In this document: piece after piece, positions 38,413 through 51,329 of the stretch
How positions within the stretch are numbered: the first letter of the stretch is position 1
Layout: each line of letters starts with the position of its first letter
DNA from: Lama glama
Taxonomy: Eukaryota
Direction: 5' to 3'
Assembly (NCBI GenBank): GCA_028534125.1
Contig: CM052817.1
Location: 74,402,001 to 74,466,000, forward strand
Length of the DNA stretch: 64,000 nt
Notes under the pieces: model-generated
Database searches by the model: none
Seen by the model: only the letters and a program-made list of their open reading frames with translations
Told to the model about the DNA's origin: nothing
Translations under genes and position numbers: made by a program

Positions 38413-38460
38413 TTAAGGGATGGGAAGAAGGCAAAACAAGGAGGAGTCGCTCTGCTCCAT
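38413..38460 (-). other. Short uORF (15 aa, MEQSDSSLFCLLPIP*) in the presumed ARSJ 5' UTR
   Basis: ATG at 38460 (TTTATGG) to TAA at 38415-38413. Relevant only if the TSS is upstream and this segment is not spliced out. Confidence 0.4.
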
Positions 38461-40212
38461 AAAATTTCACTTTCCTCCTCCTCCTCGCTCGCCAAAGCAG
38501 CTTCCGTACAAAAAGTTAATGCCTCTATCGAAAAGTTGTCAGGGGGAAAAAATCAAGTAAGGAATTGAGAGCCACCTTGGGCAGGAACTTTTCCTGGCCA
38601 GACGTGGCCAGAACTTTTCGACCTAGATGCTGAGGAGCGAGGTTCTCCCAGGCTCGCGAGCACCGATGGCTGTGAGTCGAAGGTCGGCAGTCGGTCCGGC
38701 AGTCCCCTCACCTGGAAGGCGGCTGGGAAGCTGAATCCCCGCACCTCGCTCTTAACCGGAGAGATAAAGAGCTGCCCGGAGTGGACCGGCTTCCCGATCA
38801 CTTTTCTCCACTTTTCCACGGCTATTTCTTTCGGTTCTTTAAGAGGTATTCGCCAATCTCCCCGACACTCACCAGGCGGCCAAGTGAGGAAAAGCAGCCC
38901 ACTCTACTGATCTCCCTCCACTGACCACCCCTTCTCTGCAGGAACTTCGGGCAGCGGTTCCTTCTCCCCGCCGCTGGATCGCGTAGGGACCGAAGTGGGC
39001 CCCTGACTCTGTGCCCACTTCACGCCAAGCCCACTTGGTCTCCGCGGGGATGGTGCACCCGGGGATGGTGCCAGCTGCGTGCGTTTTGTCAGCGAACTTA
39101 CTTAGTTTTGGCACTCGGAGTTCTTTGCTGCCTCCACCCTCTTTTTTCTCCAGTGAATCACAGAACGGTACTTTCTGCTTTAGCTCCCCCAGGAAGAGGG
39201 GGAGGGATAAAGCCAGTTTAGAAGTTCGATCGTTCCGTTTTCCTTTCCGGGAGGAGGATGGAGGCAGGGGAGGCTTTGCAGGAGAGCTAGAGAGAGCTGC
39301 ACGCTGCTTAAGTCCTGCGGGATCCAGGAGGATCCGCCTGGGCTCCGGCTTCCCTGGGTTTTCCAGGCTGCCCTCCAGCTTCTGAAGAGGGGAAAAACAG
39401 CGGCGGCGGGAATGAGGAAGGGTGAAGGGAGCTTCTCTTCGTGGGTCTGTAAATGAAGAGCCCTCTCACCCATCCCGAATGCTGCGCGTGCAAACTTTTC
39501 CCAGCTTCTGAAGGGAGTGAGAGAAAAGCAGGAGAAACAACAAACTGCGTAGCACTCTCTCCTTCCTTCCTCTTCTGGTTTTCCTTTCAGTCCCCCCATA
39601 CACACCACCCCGCTATTTTTCCTGCTTCTTTTATCCCCGCCTTTTTTTTTTTTTTAAAGTCGCGACTACAAGTTGAATTTCCTTTCCCTGTTGCTGGCCC
39701 TTACTGCCTGACTTCCTCCTTAGCGTGTCCCTACGTGAAGATATTGAAATCGCCTCCTCCTTCTTACCTCTCCCCAAACTTACCCACAGCGTGTCACCAG
39801 CCAAGAAAGTTGGGAGGAAGAGGAGTCACACATTTCACCCTCAGGAACCTCGAGGCCAGTCTGCACTCCTGCAGTAAAGAAACCACCATTTCCCACCTAG
39901 AAATCTGATGAACTTCGTCCCGCTCCCCTGACGTTTTTTTAAAATAATTATGTGGAGTAAAGCAAAAGTTTGTCCTGAATGTGAAGATACGCCTGCTTTT
40001 GCTAGAATTGTAGGTTTTTAAAGCCCTGCTCAAAGTCAGGAAGGGGATTTATAGTATCAGTAGGGGAGGTAATTCATGCCAAGAGCCACTGAGACTTGCC
40101 CTTTTCCCCCCTCAACTTTATCCAAGTTATTTATTGAGCACCTACTATGTGTTGGCACAAAAAAGTCAGGTTCTCCCAGTTGCCTAAGCGTAAGTCTAGA
40201 TTTCACTTAGCC

Positions 40213-40293
40213 ATTTATTTATTTATTTACATTTATATTTATCTATTTACTTACTTATTTTATTGAAGTGTAGTTTATTTACAATGTTATATT
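40213..40293 (-). mobile_element. Degenerate (ATTT)n tail plus very short L1 3' end
   Basis: ATTT-rich run followed by ATTGAAGTGTAGTTTATTTACAATGTTATATT. Confidence 0.6.
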
Positions 40294-40764
40294 CTACCCT
40301 GTTGCTAAAATTCCTGTTAAGTTTCTGGGCAAAACATTTGTAAAATGGAAACTTAACACTTTTGAAATTTGCAGTGTGCTCCTTGCAGTTAATTTTGCTA
40401 ACATGTGTAGCCTTCTACTAGTCTGTTCTCTTCCCTGAGGCCATTCTGGTTAGTCTGTGGAGAAATGGGCAGTTTTAGAAGTCCTGCTTGGAAATGTGAT
40501 CTTAGCAATTCTGTGAATTAAATCACCAAATATGTAATGAGTAAACTGAGTATTGGGAGACTGAAAGCACTGTGAGGTAATGCTCCTGGTTTTGCGGGCC
40601 TAACCAGGTGCTTGAGTAGAAAAGATGCAATAAATATTCAGATCAATCCAGCTACTTTTAATTGGGGAGAATCAATGATATAACACAAGAAGTGTCCATG
40701 TGGCTATGCAGGAAAGAGGTCCATTTTCAGTTCAGATTTCAAACAAGAGTTAAAAAAAGAAAGT

Positions 40765-41220
40765 TAATATTTATAAAATACTTACCATGTGCTAACCACA
40801 GTACTCTATATACTGATAAACATATGTATATATGCTTTAAGTATTTATATACTGTTCTAGCGTTTTATACAGTTTACCTCCTTTCCTTCTCCACCAACCT
40901 TGTAAGGTATTAACCGATTCAACAAGTATTTGAGGAGCTGGGCCAGTGGTAGAGGCTGAGAACATAATGGTGATCTAAGTTAGGCACAGCCTCTGTTCTA
41001 GTGAAACTTACACTGTGGTGGGAAAGAAATATACTCATCAACTAATTATCCCCAAACTCCATTACCTACTATGTTGTACTACTCTGAATAAGTATTCAGA
41101 CAAATACTCAAAAGAGAAGGAACAAAATTTAATGAAATTTTAAAGCAAAGAAAGCTGACTTAGACTGGGTGTGGTTAGTGGGTGAGGTGGTACTGAGAAG
41201 TGACCTTTAAACTGGAGGAG
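40765..41220 (-). mobile_element. Adjacent MIR and L2 fragments
   Basis: TACTTACCATGTGCTAACCAC...CCAACCTTGTAAGGTA (MIR), then ATTCAACAAGTATTTGAGG... (L2). Confidence 0.5.
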
Positions 41221-44200
41221 ATATTATTTTGTTTGTTATCCCCTTTTTGCAGGAAATTTAGACTTGGAAATCTGTCTGACTTTAAAACTCATGTTTTTCA
41301 AAAGCTGTTCTTCCCACAAGTGGCTTTAAGATCTTTTCCAGCCACACAGCGCAGAAAGAACACAGCTGCTAGAGTCAGAGAATCCTATTAATCTCCATAC
41401 AAGGAATGCAGACTCTCCACACTTATGACAGAAAGGCAGGACTCAGCCCTCAAAAAGTCATTTCTGGAGTAAATAAGACTAATGCTAAGGAAGACTAAGA
41501 ACTACTTACAATTAGTAATAAGAGCTAAGAAAGAAGAATGGTCATGGCATGGTAGACCAAATGACATGTAACTCAAAGAGGAAAATTCATCAGCTGGGTG
41601 CCCAATCCACAGTAGGAAATACGGAAGAGTTGTTCTCATGTCTGTAAGGAAGACTTGAGAACAGTATCAGAGGCTGTTGAATGCTCTATGCTTTCTTGTA
41701 CATATCCTGGTATTATAAAAGTACAAAAATTCATATTTTTAACTATAGGATTGGTTTTCATGCACTCTAAGCAACACTCTTAACATCCTCATGAAATCCC
41801 AAGTTAAGGACCCTCTGTAACCTAAGAGTTCTTTCCTGACTTTAGAGCTAGCATTTTGGTGTTCAGGCATCAGTTTCCCTAGTGGAATCACATCTTAGGT
41901 GTATTTTTGCACTCCTCTAGTTAAGAAATGACTATATAAAAACTAAAGGTAACCTTTGATTCAGTTTTAAAAAATAAGAAAAGTAGAATTGCTTAGAGAT
42001 GTAATTAGTGTGGTCTGATTATTCAGTTGAAGCTTAATCAGGAGGTGGGACTGAAGTCATGCTTTATAAAGTGTGATAGAAATTTAGGAAGGAGGAGGAG
42101 AAGTTAAAGGAAGGACATTTTAGGCCAAAGAAAAGAGAAGACCAACTGGCTGAGACACATTTGTGCTGGAAGAGTTTGGGAAATAATACTAGAAAGTTCA
42201 GGTGACACCAGACATTGAGGGTCTTTGACATTAAGGACTGGAACGTGATTTTGGGGGAATTAGGAGTGATGAGGTTCTTTAAACAGGACATAAGATGATA
42301 AAAAATATTCTATTAAATCTTATTAAATCATTTCTGGGATTTACAGAGATTGAGGGCTGCAAGTGAATTGCCTCAGTCTGTAGAAGTTTGAAGAGTTGTA
42401 ATTTTAACCTGAAAGTATGCCATCTGATGGGAGATGGGCATTCATTCAAAGTTTAGAAAGGAACACAAAGAACAAAGAAATAAGGGACACAAGACAGGAT
42501 GTCCTTTGATTGGATAATGTTAAAGAAGAAAAGAGTGGGTAAATTGGCAGGATGGTCACTACCAGAGAGGGGAGATCAGAATAAGTCACCACAGTGTGGC
42601 CTGGGGCTTCTCAGGGGACAGACCAAGGGTAGTGAATGGCGAGGGGTGGAGGGTGGAATGAAGGAGTGGATATGAGGAACCTATGGGTAAAAAGAGAAGC
42701 TAAGAAAATCACAGATGAGCTGTGAAATAGGTAGTTGCACAGTATTTCTTTGAAACATTTATGTTACTCTTCAGCATAAAGATATTTCCTCCCATTTTGA
42801 ATGGACAGAATTGCCCTACCTTGCAAATTGCATACACCAACATTTGTTTGTTTGCTTTGCCTAGTAGGGCAGCATGCCTGCTACACTATATTCTTTTCTT
42901 CTGTAGGTATTTGCTTTCAATAAACATGTTCTCAGATGCTTACAAGATACAGCTAATTTTTAAATACAGGTTTAAAAGAATGTGACAGTGGTCAATCCAG
43001 GGATTTAAAGACTATTAAAAAGATTTAAAATCCTAATTGCTGCTTGTTTGGGTATATAAAAATGAAAGGATGTCACCAAGTTTAAATTCATACACAAAGT
43101 GTCTAAAACATATGTCTGTCCTAAAACAGAGATCTTAACATTGATCCCATATAATAAACTCCTCATTAATCATTATTAACTTTTTATTACACTATAGAAC
43201 TAAGGCTACTTTGAGCCATTGAATTATCACAAGAAACAACGGGTCTCTGAATAAGATCCGGTAGGATGCTTTAAAAAACATGGTTTGGTAATTAAGTTAA
43301 AATCACCTCCCTTTTTTTGAAAGTCTGTTGAAACAAGCTGTAATAATTTATAAAGGAAAGGTGAGACACTAAAGTTTCAATTATGTATAAATGTAGCTAC
43401 CCAAAAGTAACAAGGTTTTCAACATTAGAAACTCAGAAAATCTGAACTGTCAAAGAAGGGATCTTTCTTCCATTCTATAAACATCTTTATGTGAAAGCAG
43501 ACTTTTAAACAAAAGTTTATAATGGGAAAAACTGATAATTTCTATAATTTAAAAATCTGTTTTTATTGTTTAAATTGTAAATAAAATTCTGTATTATTTA
43601 CATAGCAATTTTCTGTTTAGAATATTAGTTCCTAAGCCTAGCTGCTTCTTAGAACTCTTTAAAGATTTTTATTTTACAGAAATTCACAGTTCCACCCAAA
43701 CTGTAAATTCAAATATCCAAAGTCTGAAAATATCTACATTAGAAAAAACTTTCCAGGTGATTCTTGTGTGTATTGAGTTTTGAACACCACTGATCTAAAG
43801 CATCAAAAAGTTTTAATGTGATTGCTTAATGGATAATGGTGCCATCTACCAAATATAACATGGGAAACACAGCTGAAAAATAGGTGGGTAAGTCTAGAGT
43901 CAGAACATCTGAGGACTAAGCACCTAGTTTCTGCAAGACGGCGGAAGAAGTACAGTTGGGATATGGCTAAGCCACTAGGATCTAGAAAAGAAGGGTGAGG
44001 AATTAAAGCCTAAGTAGGTGGGTGAATACCCACTCAGAGACAACAGTCTGTGCAGGCATTGCTGGATTTAGAGACACTCAAAGGGAAGACCAGCAGGAAA
44101 AGCTATCGTCGTAAGTCCATCTCCTCCACTGTGATATCTTTGGATAAAATTCCTGGTACTCTCCCTGTGGCATGGGCCAAAGGTGTAAGGTGCTGCCTGA

Positions 44201-44429
44201 GACTGGAGTAATCTGGTGTCTGGTCTCAGTGGGCTGAGATGTGAAATCCGGAGTCAATGCTAATCAGTAAGAGTAAGTGCCTGATCTGGAATCCAGGAAG
44301 TAGTATATTCCTGACCATGGATTTTATGAATTTATAACAGTCATATGAATTTAAGAATATAAGAATCATACGAATCAAAGAATAAAAATTGTATGAATTT
44401 ATAAGATAATAAATAGTAAAATCAATAGA

Positions 44430-45135
44430 ATTTGGTGACTAGAGAAAAGAATGAGGGAGGAATGAATGATTATACCAAGTTTCTGGTTTGGAGACATAGA
44501 CTGAATGGTGGTACCATCTGTAATGGTAGGAGTCATGAAAGAACTAGCAGGTTTGTGTAATAGATGGCAAAAAATTACTTTAGTATTGGTGAATTTGAGG
44601 TCTGTGAAGCATCTCAATGGAGAAGTGTGGCAGATAGGAGGATATGTGGGTCTACACTCCAGGGAACAGGGCAGAACAGAAAATTTCATTCACGTCTAGA
44701 TAGTGTGGGTAAAATTTCCCAGGGAAAGGAGTACAATGGGAGCATGAAAGGGTCTAGGATAGAACTATTGAAGGATAGGGAAGATGAAACAGGGTCCACA
44801 AGGAGATCAAGAAGAAGCAAGAGAAATATAACTACAAAGAGGGCAACATTTATTGAATGTTACTCGGTAATGGCATGGTGCCAGCGCCAGCATCACATGA
44901 TGTGGTTTTCCATGAACTGTCTGAGTGCTCTTCACAACTATATCTTTATTTATGCAAATAAGTGCTAATATTACCACTTTATGTGTCAGGAAAACAAGGT
45001 TGAGCTACACAAAGTGGTTACACAAAGGAGTGGGAAGTAAGAGAAGGACATCAAAGAGAATAGAATATCAAATAGCCAAGGGCCAGAGAACCAGCACACC
45101 GAGAAGTAGGAGGTCAAGAGTCAAGAGTGAAAAGG
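44430..45135 (-). mobile_element. L2 fragment with an internal MIR (~44830-45020)
   Basis: GACTGAATGGTGGTACCAT...TTTGAGGTCTGTGAAGCATCTCAATGGAGA (L2); CAACATTTATTGAATG...TCTTCACAAC...AGGAAAACAAGG (MIR). Confidence 0.6.
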
Positions 45136-45464
45136 ACAGTGAGATGCAGAACACAGTAGGTGTTAGTTCACTGCAGTAAGTACTCTTTAGTTTACTAAAG
45201 TTTTTTTACCTATCTGTGTGTACCAACACTGACAACAATAGAGTTCTAAGATTTTGCAGTATTGATGAATAAAGTAGGTTTGAAAAGAAAACAAAGTTTT
45301 AGTTCAAAATCTATAAAGAAAACCCCCGATAATCATCCAATAATATAAATGTTAGAATGACTAAATGAGACCTATGTAGAGTTCCTACAAAGTACTTACA
45401 CTGAGATAAAAAAAAATTGGAATAAATAGTTCGAATAAACTTTCTTCAAAACTAAGGACCAAAT

Positions 45465-45680
45465 GTTGTAAAGAGAGTAAAAGGCATGTACTCTGGAGCC
45501 ATTCTGACCACTTGCTAGCTAATAAGTTAATCTCTCTTTGCCTCATTTTTCTCATTTGTAAAATGGGGGTAAGAATAGTACCTACTTGATAGTGTATGTG
45601 GCATATTACTTAGTTGTTGTGAAACAATGCTGCTTTAACAAACCACTCCAAAACTCAATGGCTAAAAGCAACAGCTTCCT
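45465..45680. mobile_element. MIR fragment followed by an MLT1 (MaLR) LTR end
   Basis: GCCTCATTTTTCTCATTTGTAAAATGGGGGTAAGAATAGTACCTAC (MIR); GCTGCTTTAACAAACCACTCCAAAACTCAATGGCTAAAAGCAACA (MLT1). Confidence 0.65.
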
Positions 45681-45689
45681 AAGTTTCAT

Positions 45690-47835
45690 GTCATTCAACC
45701 AAAACTTCAATTTGTTGATAATGCAGAACTCAACATAAGGCAATCCCCAAAAGAAGAGTAACAAGAAGTCCCCAGCCTTACCAGATAATAGAACATATTG
45801 TACTATAATAATTAAATGCTGATTAATGAAAGAAAGAAGAGATCAAAAATGGATCTGATGTTATCGGAAAACAATATGGGAAAATAAACTTTTTGAAATG
45901 AGAGAAAGGGTAAGCATTCACAGTGATGACCATAGTATTTGGACAATTATGTGACCACACTAAAAAAAAATGAATAATTATCACACACCAAGAGAAAAAA
46001 AATATATCTAGTTGATACTGGAGAGCTTAAAATATATATTTAAATGAAAAGAAACCCCAATAGAAAATTTAATTGACTATATGTCAGATGTGGGAGGAAA
46101 TTATTCTCTTTTCAGTTTTGAAGTGATATAGACATCACAATGGTAAAAGATTGATTATGAAATACTTTTAACAGACTATTAAATCAGAAGTTTCAACAGA
46201 GGTGCCAAGCTTCAAGCTGGGATTTTCCGAAGAGGTATGCCAGAACAAGATACCAGTTTTCAAAGGAGATTATTAAAAACCAGTTTGACAACTCTTAAAA
46301 TTCTTACTCCTGTCAAGGTAATAAAGGGCCAGAGTGTGTGGAGACTGGAGAGGATTTGTGAAGACATTTTAATAAAGTTGTTGATGTGCCATGAGAAAGC
46401 CTAAACCTGCCTACATGGGCCTGAGGTGGAAGATACTGACTCTGAGATTCTGTGGTCTGGCTGCTGCTTGAGAAAGCCCAAAGACCAGCTGCCAATGAAC
46501 CAGAGGAAGAGAAGAGTTTACAGGGGCTGGTCAGCTTTGTAAAGATTTGCTGGGGCAAAGGATGATGGAGTGTTCCCTGAGAAGCAGGTGTGGACCATAT
46601 GTGAAAGGAAGCAGGTCTACAATTGTCTCAGGTCCTATTCAGGAAGGCCTCCTACAGACTCAGGCAGACTTCCATAAAGAGAATCAAGGGGTAGCTGTCT
46701 ATTCTGAGGGGCTGACTCTTGAGAATATGCCTAGAGATGCCTGTTCCCATGTCAAAGGAATTGCAGATAAGATTGTCAAAGGTTGGTTGGTGAGGGGTTC
46801 ATGTGAGAAAAAGTCACCCCTGAGCACCTGCCAGGCCCAGATATATCAGGGGGTCATTCAAGAACTTACTTGACTCCCTTACCTATTCCCATGCCACCTC
46901 TCCCTGCACACTGATCCTAGAGGAGTAGAAGTTGAAGCTAACAAACTAGGGAAGGAGGAGTGGAAATACTAGGCAGGGAACAGGGAACCAGAGAATCACT
47001 CTAGGTTTCCAGGCTGAAGTAGTACTGATCTGGGGAAGGAACAAAAGATTTACTTTAAATGAAGGTTAGCATTTTCCTAATTATATATGGCTGGGCATCC
47101 TAATTTTGAATTCAGATTAGGTTTTGTGATATATGGCTTCCAGAAGACTATTTGTTATTTGGGGATGACTCCAAAAGTCTGAAGGCAAGAGAAGTTAGGC
47201 CCACAGAATTTAAAGGGACACTGAGAAATAAAAACAAAGTTGTAAAAACCTGCTGTTTGGGCAGAAATTTTAACAGTATGACATTTTAACAGTAAGAAAA
47301 TTTAACAGTATGAAAATTAATTACAAAACTAAATCCTAAAGGGAAATAAACTGGTAAGATATTTCTCATACTATAGCAAGAAGAGAGATCATATGTTTTC
47401 CATATAAAGAGTTCATTCAAATTTATAAGAAAAATACTTTGACCACCAATAATAAGTATGTAAAGAATTAGGGTAAACAATGCAAATAGAAGTGGATCAA
47501 GTGAAAGTAAAACTATTTATCTTATTTGTAATAAAAAGAATATAAAGTAAAGCAGACTATCATAAATTTTTATACTTACTAAGTAAAAATAATGGTAATG
47601 ATATATAACATTAGTAAGATTGTGGTTAAATTGGCACTTGCTGAAGGCATTGGTTTGCTATATCCTTTAAAAAATTAGCATGGCAATACATAACACAATC
47701 TCACGTCACAAAGCACACAAATATCTCAGCGTGTTAGCTCAGTAATAGTATTCTTTGACACTTATCCTAAGAAAATAATTCGGTAGAACAAAACAGGTAT
47801 ATTGATGAAAACAGTCATGGGACCACTATTTCTAG
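45690..47835 (+). mobile_element. Highly degraded L1M fragments (~45690-46190, ~47340-47835) separated by an ancient LTR-like insert (~46200-47245)
   Basis: A-rich L1 ORF2-like blocks flank a GC-richer ~1-kb segment whose 3' end (AAAGGGACACTGAGAAATAAAAACAAAGTTG) resembles old Gypsy/ERVL-type LTRs. The family is uncertain. Confidence 0.45.
47265..47318. repeat. 16-bp minisatellite x3.4 (AAATTTTAACAGTATG)
   Basis: AAATTTTAACAGTATG / ACATTTTAACAGTAAG / AAAATTTAACAGTATG / AAAATT. Confidence 0.9.
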
Positions 47836-48959
47836 TAGAGGGAGTGAAGACAATTTCGCATGACACAAAGAGAATGGAAACCTAGAAGTTCTGAATCAGC
47901 TGTGGTTTCATGGTCAAGTTCTTCCTTCTACCTGTTTGTGATTTTCTGAGCCTTGGTGACCTCAAGTAAAAATAAAGAGTAAAATGAATTTTAGCCCTAA
48001 AATCATATTCTTTGTTTTACCTTTATATTTCTTTTCTCTCTCTTTAATAAAAGTACAGGATTTCCAGGCCTTAAGCCTGTTGGACACCAGCTAAATAGAT
48101 GAAGTCAGATTTCAAAACAGAAGACAAATGGAAGAATTTGTCTCTTCAAAGAGTACTATAACGTCTTCTCAGAGCGAAATTACACATATGTATTCACTGT
48201 AGGTTCATATATCTTGTTTTGTTAAAAAAAATCCTCAAATTTTGTAAATATGTTACTTCTTTCCTTACTTGAAAAATAAAAGGTTATCTGAAGACTAGAT
48301 TCAGGTTCTAGTTCTGCTACCCACCATGGTGCAAGGTCTTTGAGTTTCAGTGTTCTCAGCTGTCAAAAAAGAAAATAATACTTTTCCTATCTACTTTTAG
48401 AAGGTAGTTTAAAAACCAAATTGAGATTATATATATGAAAGTGTTTTGACATCATCAAGCACATATACGTGTTGGTCCCTCATTTCCTCCCAGTTTTCTT
48501 AATTTTTCTAACTTGAGAAAACCCTTTGCCTCTAAGGACTCCTGAGTAAATGAATGAGTCGGTGTCCATTTGAAAAGAATGGGTGGAACGCTGAACATAA
48601 GCCAGTGGTTGTAGAATAGTCTGGTTAACTTTCCACATAAAAATAAGAGTTATGGATACTAATCCACCACCAGCCAAGAGCAACCCGTAGTGAAAAGGTC
48701 CACCCCTAACATAGCAGAGCTGGTGTCAAGATCGAAAACAGAGGCTAATATGCCATATATCTAAATACTTAATAGTTGTAAGTCAAGCTAATAAATTGTT
48801 AAATAAAATAGGTTCTACTCTCCCATCCACAATAAATTCCTCTGGTTGGCTTCAGTTTGAAATCTCTGACTTCATCAACTCAGCTGGTGTCTAACTTGTT
48901 TCTGCTCTAGATATCCTGCATTTTCATATTATAGAAAGACCAAAGGAATATACATGGGA

Positions 48960-49445
48960 AACAAAGATATCATTTGAGAGCTGGAGGGTATATCCACATT
49001 CAAAATGATCTGAAGCCTATCAAGATTGTAATTCCTGCACTTGTCAGAGTTCCCTGTCATTAGCTGTGGCTTGGGTGGTCCCCAGTTCATACACCTCTTT
49101 CTGTCCTTGCTCTTGCACCAGAAGGCCCTTAGATACCTAGTGTGTAGATACAACAGACCACATGATCAAACTGTCCACAGCCCCCCCCAAAACAGCTCTG
49201 TCTTGTTTACCCCTTGATCCTGGGAGCTTACTATAGCTGTGGGGTCCACCCTCAGAACAGACCTACAGAAGGGATCTTTTTTGGGGCCTCAGACACTCCA
49301 AATGTGATGTAAAAGAGGGCATGTGGACTCTGGGTGGGCTTCCTGCTCTCTGGGAAGGAGCAGAACTGGAGGAGGGCCAGAGAGTAGGCCCTTTACAGGG
49401 TAGGATCTGGGGCAGGTGCTCCTCTTGCCCAGGTATAGAGTACTA
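48960..49445. mobile_element. MER115-like (hAT-Tip100) DNA transposon relic
   Basis: GGAGGAGGGCCAGAGAGTAGGCCCTTTACAG...GGGGCAGGTGCTCCTCTTGCCCAGGT resembles the MER115/Zaphod terminus. The left boundary is uncertain. Confidence 0.5.
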
Positions 49446-50757
49446 TTTCTGGCTTTTTGATTTATCAGCTTCTTTAATTCCCCAATCTACTTACCTCAAC
49501 TTTAACCACCCTTAGGCTCAGTTTCACTTTGGGCCTCCTAATTCCTCAAAATGGGAAATTGTTGCTCATGCCCTACTTCTAATTTCATTCCTACCAAATA
49601 TTTTTATTTGTTATCATTCTTTCAGTGGATGATCATTTCCTTTCTTAACTTGTTCAGGCAGGCCCATCTACTACTTTTCCTTTCACTCAGCTCACAGTCT
49701 TTTGATTCATTTCAAAGATACCCTCATGTCTTTACATCTTTGCTCTTTCCTTCCTCCTGCCTTGCCATTCGTTCAACTATCCCCTATTGAGGGCCCACTT
49801 TTGGTCAGCCATTGGAGATACATACAAGGCATAAGACATGCATGGCCCATGCTTTCATGGAGATTGCAGCTTACTGGGAAAATGGTTACAATCATGATGA
49901 GTGCTATGAAGGTGGTGTGTATAGTTCTATGAGAGTCTAAAACAGGAGTTTTAACCTGTATGGGAGCAATCACACCCCAACTTTAGGTAAACAGTTCTCT
50001 TTTTCTTTTCTGTGGCTTCCATGATGCTGAGTAATGTTTTATTTCATGCTATTCAGTCTCAGCAGAGTCTTTCTTGCTGTTTAGTTATTCTTTTAATCTT
50101 TTTAAAGGTTCTCTCCTACACCTTTGAAGGCTAAAATGTAATCAATGTAAGATAGGCTGTGATGTAATTGTCACTGACATGTGGTAATCTCATGCCAGAA
50201 GGATATAGCCAAATTTAACAGAGAAAACATAACATATGTAGGTTTTCTCCTTCATATTGGAGCCTAGATATCCATCTTCTATTCAGACCTACATGAATTG
50301 TCTCCTAAGAATCATCACATTTATTTGCCTTGATTCGTATCTTATTGATTGAACTTTCATTAGTAGTCACAGTATAAGGAAAAGAGAAGGCAATTACCGT
50401 TACTAGCAAATGTAACCTATCTGGCTACTGAAAATATAAATACACTTCAAAATAATAAATTGGCCTTCTGATTTTTTTTATTGCTTTCTTGTAGTTTTGG
50501 TTAGTGTAAATTACTCTCACATAAATTGCTAATATGCTCACGCTTGGATGAAATAATGCAACAGAGCTGGAGTTTCTGAACCTAGAATGTTGAGAATGTA
50601 CCCTGAATCCATGGTAATATTATTGATGCCATAAAACTAGGATGAGCTGTTAATCTTTAGGTTTACTTCTGAAACTGCTTCCTATAACACTGTATCAACT
50701 ATGGATACTAAGAGAGAGGAGAAGGAGGACTGAGGGAAGATCCCTAGGGTTTCTAAG

Positions 50758-51118
50758 TGCTATGATCTGACTGTTTATATCGCCCCAAAATGCATTTGTT
50801 GAAATCCTAACCTCTCAAAGGCGATAGTAGTAGTAGGTGGGGCCTTTTGGAGGTGCTTAAGCCTTGCGGGTGGAATCCTCATGGAGATTAGTGCCTTATA
50901 AAAGAGACTCCAGAGAGACCCCTAACTGCTTCCACCATGTAAGGACATAGTAAGAAAGCGCTGGATATGACCAGAAGAGGGCCTTCACCAGAACACAACT
51001 ATGCTGGGACTTTGATCCTGAACTCCTAGTCTCCAGAACTGTGAGAAATAAATTTATGTTGCCTATAAGCTACCTAATCTGTGGTATTTTGTTATAGCAG
51101 CCCAAATGGACTAAGACA
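50758..51118 (+). mobile_element. MaLR solo LTR, MLT1A-like (361 bp)
   Basis: TGCTATGATCTGA...GTGAGAAATAAATTT...GTTATAGCAGCCCAAATGGACTAAGACA with a perfect 5-bp TSD CTAAG (50753-50757 / 51119-51123). Confidence 0.92.
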
Positions 51119-51329
51119 CTAAGTAATGAAAAGAAGTTGGTGCCCATCTTTGTTCCACATATAACTTAAAACATCAAGATCCCATATAATTATAAGTATA
51201 AGGAAATTCAACTTAGTAGTGTTATTTCCATTATAACTACTTTAATGCCTTTTGAAATTTCAAATACCAAAAATTTCATTTTTTCTGCAATAATAGTGAT
51301 ATCTTGACTTTTTTTTAGGCTTAGCCTCC

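Larger units (their letters stand above)
38150..39500 (-). promoter_or_regulatory. ARSJ: CpG island / ARSJ promoter and 5' UTR
   Basis: Sharp rise in GC and CpG density relative to the CpG-depleted flanks, overlapping the start codon; scattered CpGs extend to about 39930. The TSS cannot be placed from sequence alone. Confidence 0.85.

Noticed and set aside
38553..40033. Several 60-150 aa ORFs on both strands over the CpG island
   Set aside because: Mostly non-ATG starts in GC-rich, stop-poor DNA, mutually overlapping, with no recognisable domains.
43880..44300. GC-richer block that may be an old LTR fragment
   Set aside because: No termini, TSD or family resemblance I could identify with confidence.
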